Positions 58,594-64,000 of a stretch of DNA of 64,000 nucleotides are shown here, piece by piece. The notes beneath the pieces were generated by a model. That model had not been told where the DNA came from, made no database searches, and saw nothing but the letters and a program-made list of their open reading frames with translations. A program made the translations under genes and the position numbers. Source of the DNA: an uncultured SAR116 cluster alpha proteobacterium (GTDB lineage: Bacteria; Pseudomonadota; Alphaproteobacteria; Puniceispirillales; Puniceispirillaceae); assembly GCA_902622515.1 (NCBI GenBank), contig CACNQE010000008.1, positions 15,509 to 79,508 on the forward strand, given 5' to 3'. Every line of letters begins with the position of its first letter. Positions within the stretch are counted from its first letter, which is position 1.

Positions 58594-59955
58594 ATGGCGA
58601 ACCATGAAGAACGCTCAAGCATTGGGGGTAGGTTAAGAAGATATGCGCAAGTAACAGGTACCATGTCTAGTTTGGCGGCAAGGCTCGCAGGAGAACGGTA
58701 CTTAGGATTAGAATTGGACCGCTCTAAACATGCCATTCAACTTCGTGAAGCATTAGGAAGTTTAAAGGGACCACTCATGAAAGTTGCGCAAATTCTATCA
58801 ACCATTCCAGATGCACTTCCAAAAGAATACGCGGATGAATTAGCTGTTTTGCAAGCTGATGCGCCAGCGATGGGCTGGCTCTTTGTTAAGAGGCGCATGA
58901 GGTCTGAGCTTGGAAATGAATGGGAAGAAAAATTTGAAAGTTTTGATAAGAAAGCGTTTTCCGCTGCTTCTCTTGGTCAGGTTCATCAAGCAAAACTTGA
59001 CAATGAAAAGGTGGCTGTAAAGCTACAATACCCAGATATGGATTCTGCTATTAATGCGGATTTAAACCAGTTGAAACTTGTGTTTTCCTTGTATGAGCGG
59101 ATTGACTCTGCGATCTCTACGAAGGACATTTTCACAGAATTATCTGACAGGTTACGTGAAGAGCTGGATTATAATCGAGAAGCATTGAATATGAAATTAT
59201 ACCGATTAATGCTCGCGGGTGAAAACAAGGTTGTTCTACCCAAACCAATAGATGATCTTACAACTTCTCGTGTTTTAACGATGAGCTGGGTTGATGGTCT
59301 GAAACTAATGAAATATCTTGAAAGAGAACCATCTCAAGATGATAGGAATATGGTTGCAATAAATATGTTTCGTACCTGGTATGTACCTTTTTATTATTAC
59401 GGTGTAATTCATGGTGATCCTCATCTTGGTAATTATTCAATTACCAAAGACTTAAAGATAAACTTGATGGATTTTGGCTCTATTCGTGTTTTTCGACCAG
59501 AATTTGTCGGGGGCGTTATTGATTTATATAAAGCACTAAGAGATGGGAATATCGAGCTGGCTGTTCATGCTTATTCTCAGTGGGGTTTTAAAGGTCTAGA
59601 TAAAGAGGCGATTGAAATTCTAAATATTTGGGCAAGGTTTATTTATGGCCCTTTATTAGAGGATAAAATAAGACCCATTCAAGAAATGAGAAGTGGAAAC
59701 TACGGTCGCGAGCTCGCTGGTAAAGTTCATGAAGAACTTAAAAGAATAGGGGGCATAAAACCACCACGTGAATTTGTTTTAATGGATAGAGCTGCAGTCG
59801 GATTAGGATCTGTTTTTATGCATTTAAAAGCAGAGGTTAATTGGCATCAACTTTTTCACGGACTCATTGACGATTTTACACTTGATTCCTTAGAAAAACG
59901 CCAAAATAGCGCGATCAAACAGATAGGGCTTCCAGAAAGCTTGATAGCAAAATAA
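58594..59955 (+). CDS. ABC1/UbiB/AarF atypical kinase family protein
   Basis: LKGPLMKVAQ, AASLGQVH, VAVKLQYP, EELDY..EA, HGDPH.GN, DFG. Confidence 0.93.
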   Translation: MANHEERSSIGGRLRRYAQVTGTMSSLAARLAGERYLGLELDRSKHAIQLREALGSLKGPLMKVAQILSTIPDALPKEYADELAVLQADAPAMGWLFVKRRMRSELGNEWEEKFESFDKKAFSAASLGQVHQAKLDNEKVAVKLQYPDMDSAINADLNQLKLVFSLYERIDSAISTKDIFTELSDRLREELDYNREALNMKLYRLMLAGENKVVLPKPIDDLTTSRVLTMSWVDGLKLMKYLEREPSQDDRNMVAINMFRTWYVPFYYYGVIHGDPHLGNYSITKDLKINLMDFGSIRVFRPEFVGGVIDLYKALRDGNIELAVHAYSQWGFKGLDKEAIEILNIWARFIYGPLLEDKIRPIQEMRSGNYGRELAGKVHEELKRIGGIKPPREFVLMDRAAVGLGSVFMHLKAEVNWHQLFHGLIDDFTLDSLEKRQNSAIKQIGLPESLIAK

Positions 59956-59974
59956 TCAAAAAAATAAGATACTA

Positions 59975-61354
59975 CTATTTAGTTATTTTGCTTAATAGTT
60001 CGTCGAGGGAAGCTTTAGCGTCTCCATATAACATTCTAGAATTATCTTTGAAGAAAAGTGGGTTTTCAATTCCAGAATAACCGCGGCCTTGACCACGCTT
60101 TGAAATAATGACCTGTCCTGCCTTCCAGACTTCCAAGACTGGCATTCCAGCGATGGGGCTATTTGGATCGTCCTGAGCAGCTGGATTTACAATATCATTG
60201 GCACCAAGAATGATGACCATATCTGTATCGGGAAAATCCTCGTTTATTTCATCCATCTCTAAAACAATATCATAAGGCACTTTAGCTTCTGCAAGAAGCA
60301 CATTCATATGTCCAGGTAGCCTGCCTGCAACTGGATGTATTGCAAATCTAACATTTTTACCTTTATCTCTTAAACGTCGCGTAATCTCTGAAACGGCACT
60401 TTGTGCTTGTGCAACTGCCATTCCATAGCCAGGAACAATTACAATATTCTGAGCGTCTGCAATGTCAGCAGCAACACTTGATATATCGGTTGCAACCATT
60501 TCACCTTCAACCTCTTGGGTAGGGCCAACAGAAGTTCCCCAGCCGCCTAAGATTACGGAAATAAAGTTCCTATTCATGGCTTTACACATTATATAAGATA
60601 AAATTGCACCAGAAGCTCCAACAAGTGCACCGGTAACTATAAGCAAATCATTTCCAAGCAGGAAACCTGTAGCGGCGGCTGCCCAGCCAGAGTAAGAATT
60701 CAGCATAGAAACAACAACTGGCATATCAGCCCCACCTATTGCCATTACAAGATGGGCACCAAAAATTAAAGCCACAATCGTCATGAGGTATAGTGGCCAC
60801 GAACCAATATGGTTTAGAAATAGCGAACCGAGCCATACACAAAATAATACCGCGGCTAAATTTAGCCAATTTCTTGCCGGGAGAAGTAATGCTTTGCCAT
60901 CAATTGTGCCAGACAATTTACCATAAGCAATAACAGACCCTGTTGCTGTAACTGCGCCAATAAAGACCCCAATAAAAATCTCAATATCATGAATAATTAG
61001 TTCGGCTCCAAAAAGGTTAGATGGAGGATCAATATGTGAATTTATTCCAATAAAAACTGCAGCTATGCCAACAAAGCTGTGAAGAGCAGCAACTAGTTGT
61101 GGCATCCCAGTCATTTCAACGCGTTGAGCCACTACTGTTCCAATAATACTGCCTATTACGATCATAGGTATTATCCAGATAAATCCAGAAACTTTTGGTC
61201 CAAAAACTGTTCCAAAAACAGCTAAGGCCATGCCCACTATGCCAAACCATACGGCTCGTTTAGCTTTTTCTTGGTTAGAGAGGCCACCGAGTGATAAAAT
61301 AAATAACACACTCGCAGCAATGTAGACGGCAGTTACTATATTAGAACTCAGCAT
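59975..61354 (-). CDS. pntB: NAD(P) transhydrogenase subunit beta
   Basis: [62 protein letters not shown]. Confidence 0.98.
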   Translation of the reverse strand: MLSSNIVTAVYIAASVLFILSLGGLSNQEKAKRAVWFGIVGMALAVFGTVFGPKVSGFIWIIPMIVIGSIIGTVVAQRVEMTGMPQLVAALHSFVGIAAVFIGINSHIDPPSNLFGAELIIHDIEIFIGVFIGAVTATGSVIAYGKLSGTIDGKALLLPARNWLNLAAVLFCVWLGSLFLNHIGSWPLYLMTIVALIFGAHLVMAIGGADMPVVVSMLNSYSGWAAAATGFLLGNDLLIVTGALVGASGAILSYIMCKAMNRNFISVILGGWGTSVGPTQEVEGEMVATDISSVAADIADAQNIVIVPGYGMAVAQAQSAVSEITRRLRDKGKNVRFAIHPVAGRLPGHMNVLLAEAKVPYDIVLEMDEINEDFPDTDMVIILGANDIVNPAAQDDPNSPIAGMPVLEVWKAGQVIISKRGQGRGYSGIENPLFFKDNSRMLYGDAKASLDELLSKITK

Positions 61355-61365
61355 AGGTTATACCT

Positions 61366-62931
61366 CTAACTCTTTTGAAACATAGCAAGCATTCTTTTTG
61401 TTACCAAAAATCCTCCGACAATATTTATGGTAGCAATTAAGACTGAGATACTTGCAAGCACGGTAACAATGAAACTACTAGAGCCAACTTGTAGCAGTGC
61501 ACCTAAAATAATGATGCCGGAAATAGCGTTAGTAACTGCCATTAGTGGGGTATGAAGAGCATGACTAACATTCCAAATAACCTGATACCCTATGAAGCAA
61601 GCTAACGCAAATACTATAAAATGTTGCATAAAGCTGGCTGGAGCGAAATTTCCAATGATTAACATGAATAAACCACCAACTACGAGTAGCCCCCACTGCT
61701 GTTGTCCAGATTTACGGATAGCTGCTTGTTCGAGAGCTGCTTTTTCTTCAGCTGTTGGCTCAACTTGTTGTTTTGGAGTTGTCTGTTTTCCTATAAAAGC
61801 AATTTTTGGTGCTGGTGGCGGGAACATCAATTTACCCTTGTGACTAACTAACGCGCCCCGAATAACATCATCTTGAAGATTTATATTTACCTTCCCATTG
61901 TTTTTTGGGGTAAGATCGTCAATCATGTGACGTATATTGGTAGAATATAGAGTAGAGCTTTGAGCGGCCATCCGACTTGGGAAGTCTGTATATCCAATGA
62001 TTTTAACATCATTGTCTGTTTTTACTGTTTGATTTGGCTTTGTCAGGTCACAATTACCGCCTTGCTCTGCAGCTAAGTCAATTATTACAGAGCCAGGTTT
62101 CATTAAAGATACCATCTCTTTAGGCCATAATTTTGGGGCAGGTTTCCCTGGAATCAATGCAGTTGTAATGACGATATCAACTTCCGGTGCCTGCTCACGA
62201 AATAGAGCCATTTCTTTCTCAATGAATTCTGGTGAAGCTGGTTTTGCATAGCCACCTTCTCCTGAACCATCTTCATCGAATTCAAGAAAGAGGAACTCAG
62301 CTCCCATGGATTCAATTTGTTCAGACACCTCTGGACGTACGTCGAATGCTCGAACAATTGCACCAAGAGACTGTGCTGTGCCAATTGCTGCAAGTCCTGC
62401 GACACCAGCTCCTATCACAAGGACCTTTGCAGGAGGCACCTTACCCGCTGCTGTTATTTGCCCAGTAAAAAATCTACCAAAATGATTACCTGCTTCAATT
62501 ACTGCTCGATACCCGGCTATGTTTGCCATTGAAGAAAGGGCGTCCATTTTTTGCGCACGGCTTATTCTCGGCACCATATCTATTGCAATCTGACTACAAC
62601 CTGATGATACTACACGGTCTAAAAGCTCTTTGTTTTGAGCTGGCCAGAAGAAGCTAATAACTGTTTTATCCTTATTTAAGTAAGCTTCTTCAACTTTATT
62701 TACCGCTTGAACTTTTATGATAACATCAGATTGTTTCCATAAATTTGAGGCTGTTTTGATTATTTTCACCCCGGCGGCTTTATAATCAGCATCTGAAAAT
62801 CCGGCCTCTACACCAGCTCCTGTTTCTATAATACATTCAAAACCCAGCTTTAAAAGTTGGCTGGCGCTAGCTGGTGTCATTGCAACTCGTTTTTCACCTG
62901 CTTGTAGTTCTTTAGGAGAGCCAATTATCAT
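61366..62931 (-). CDS. pntA: NAD(P) transhydrogenase subunit alpha (fused dI+dIIa)
   Basis: [47 protein letters not shown]. Confidence 0.98.
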   Translation of the reverse strand: MIIGSPKELQAGEKRVAMTPASASQLLKLGFECIIETGAGVEAGFSDADYKAAGVKIIKTASNLWKQSDVIIKVQAVNKVEEAYLNKDKTVISFFWPAQNKELLDRVVSSGCSQIAIDMVPRISRAQKMDALSSMANIAGYRAVIEAGNHFGRFFTGQITAAGKVPPAKVLVIGAGVAGLAAIGTAQSLGAIVRAFDVRPEVSEQIESMGAEFLFLEFDEDGSGEGGYAKPASPEFIEKEMALFREQAPEVDIVITTALIPGKPAPKLWPKEMVSLMKPGSVIIDLAAEQGGNCDLTKPNQTVKTDNDVKIIGYTDFPSRMAAQSSTLYSTNIRHMIDDLTPKNNGKVNINLQDDVIRGALVSHKGKLMFPPPAPKIAFIGKQTTPKQQVEPTAEEKAALEQAAIRKSGQQQWGLLVVGGLFMLIIGNFAPASFMQHFIVFALACFIGYQVIWNVSHALHTPLMAVTNAISGIIILGALLQVGSSSFIVTVLASISVLIATINIVGGFLVTKRMLAMFQKS

Positions 62932-63094
62932 TTTGTCAACTTCCGTTCTATATTTTCAATAATATTATGCCAAACCGAACCTTCAAGTTATTTAATATAA
63001 GGTTTTTAAGTTAATATTTTTGCTAAGGTAATAGGTAACTCTTCAGAATTATTGCTAAACTCAACGGTTAATTAAGATTTGTTAAAAAAGTACA

Positions 63095-63126
63095 AATAAG
63101 TCTAATACTACTGGTAGACTGATTTA
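63095..63126 (-). terminator. Possible intrinsic terminator after rpsU
   Basis: Minus strand AAATCAGTCTA-ccagtagtat-TAGACTTATTT followed by gtacTTTTTT. AT-rich stem with one mismatch. Confidence 0.4.
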
Positions 63127-63153
63127 TATTTTAATGATCATAAGTTTAGAATA

Positions 63154-63357
63154 TTAATATCCTTCACGTTCCATGCGCTTTCGCATTAGTTTGCGTACAC
63201 GGCGTGTCGATTCTGCAGCTTCTCGAGCTCGTCGTTCTGAAGGTTTTTCGAAATTACGTCTATTTTTCATCTCACGAAACATTCCCTCGCGTTGCATCTT
63301 TTTTTTAAGCACCCTAAGTGCTTGGTCTACATTATTTTCTCTTACAGCGACGTACAC
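63154..63357 (-). CDS. rpsU: 30S ribosomal protein S21
   Basis: [27 protein letters not shown]....EKPSE. GTG start with GAGG RBS. Confidence 0.97.
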   Translation of the reverse strand: MYVAVRENNVDQALRVLKKKMQREGMFREMKNRRNFEKPSERRAREAAESTRRVRKLMRKRMEREGY

Positions 63358-63509
63358 AGATTAATATCCTCGTTTGCATTTAAAAATTGATAATATTATT
63401 TTCGTTGGTACTGTTATCATATTTATCTAATATGTGCAAACATTGTCTTTTATTAAGATCTCACCATATGTTAATAAGCAACTAGAAATTCATTATTGAT
63501 GGAATTTAT

Positions 63510-64000
63510 ATGACCAAAATAAACAGTACAGAAAATCAGGATCGCTGTAAAATTGTTCGTGCTTGTCTAACACATGTGCCTTTCGACGGTTGGACTCAAA
63601 AGAGTTTAGAACTTGCGGCTAAGGATTGTGGTTTTCAAGCCACGGATATTGCGCGAATTTTGCCTCGTGGTGTTTCACAGGCCATAGAAATTTATTCACA
63701 ATTAGCAGATGATGATATGGTTTCTGCTTTCGAAACGAAAATGAAGGATGCCGATAATGCTCCAAATGGAGTAACCGCTAAAATAAAATTTATGATCATC
63801 GTTCGATTGGAGCAGGCTTTGCCTCATAAGGAGGTGGTTAGAAAAACAGCACAATACCTTTTAAACCCGAGAAATTTGCAACTTAGTCAAAAACTCCTGT
63901 ATCAAACTATTGACCTCATTTGGCGAACTACAGGAGATCACTCGACAGATATCAGTTTTTTTACTAAACGGGGACTACTCGGGGCATTGTACTCCTCCAC
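63510..64000 (+). CDS. COQ9 family protein ('rpsU-divergently transcribed protein'), 3' end outside the window
   Basis: Not in the ORF track. Translated by eye: MTKINSTENQDRCKIVRACLTHVPFDGW...LPRG...IDLIWRTTGDHSTDISFFTKRG. Divergent from rpsU. Confidence 0.9.
   Translation, partial: MTKINSTENQDRCKIVRACLTHVPFDGWTQKSLELAAKDCGFQATDIARILPRGVSQAIEIYSQLADDDMVSAFETKMKDADNAPNGVTAKIKFMIIVRLEQALPHKEVVRKTAQYLLNPRNLQLSQKLLYQTIDLIWRTTGDHSTDISFFTKRGLLGALYSS

Overview
AT-rich, densely packed core-genome segment of a marine alphaproteobacterium. Gene content and order (tsaD-gpsA-EVE, hemC-hemD-mic60-hemY, ialB-rlmN, DUF1244-gapR, rpoE-chrR, rpsU/COQ9, acuI, fhs, polyamine catabolism) suggest a streamlined SAR116/Puniceispirillales-like lineage; this taxonomic call is inference. 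The window holds about 57 CDS, one tRNA-Arg(CCT), several intrinsic terminators and one 30-bp tandem duplication. I saw no integrase, transposase, prophage or CRISPR array. The standout is a full-length STT3/PglB-type oligosaccharyltransferase (45026-47128) that keeps the known PglB catalytic and sequon-binding residues. It sits beside a GT4, an EamA transporter, an unknown protein with PopZ-like helices and the tRNA, and is a candidate protein N-glycosylation system in a group where this is not well characterised. Other oddities: a ChrR anti-sigma factor that has lost three of four zinc ligands, an acyl-CoA ligase with a degenerate P-loop and no A10 lysine, an Rgt-like lipid A/LPS modification cluster, and an orphan tungstate-binding protein. 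All assignments come from motif recognition by eye; no searches were run.
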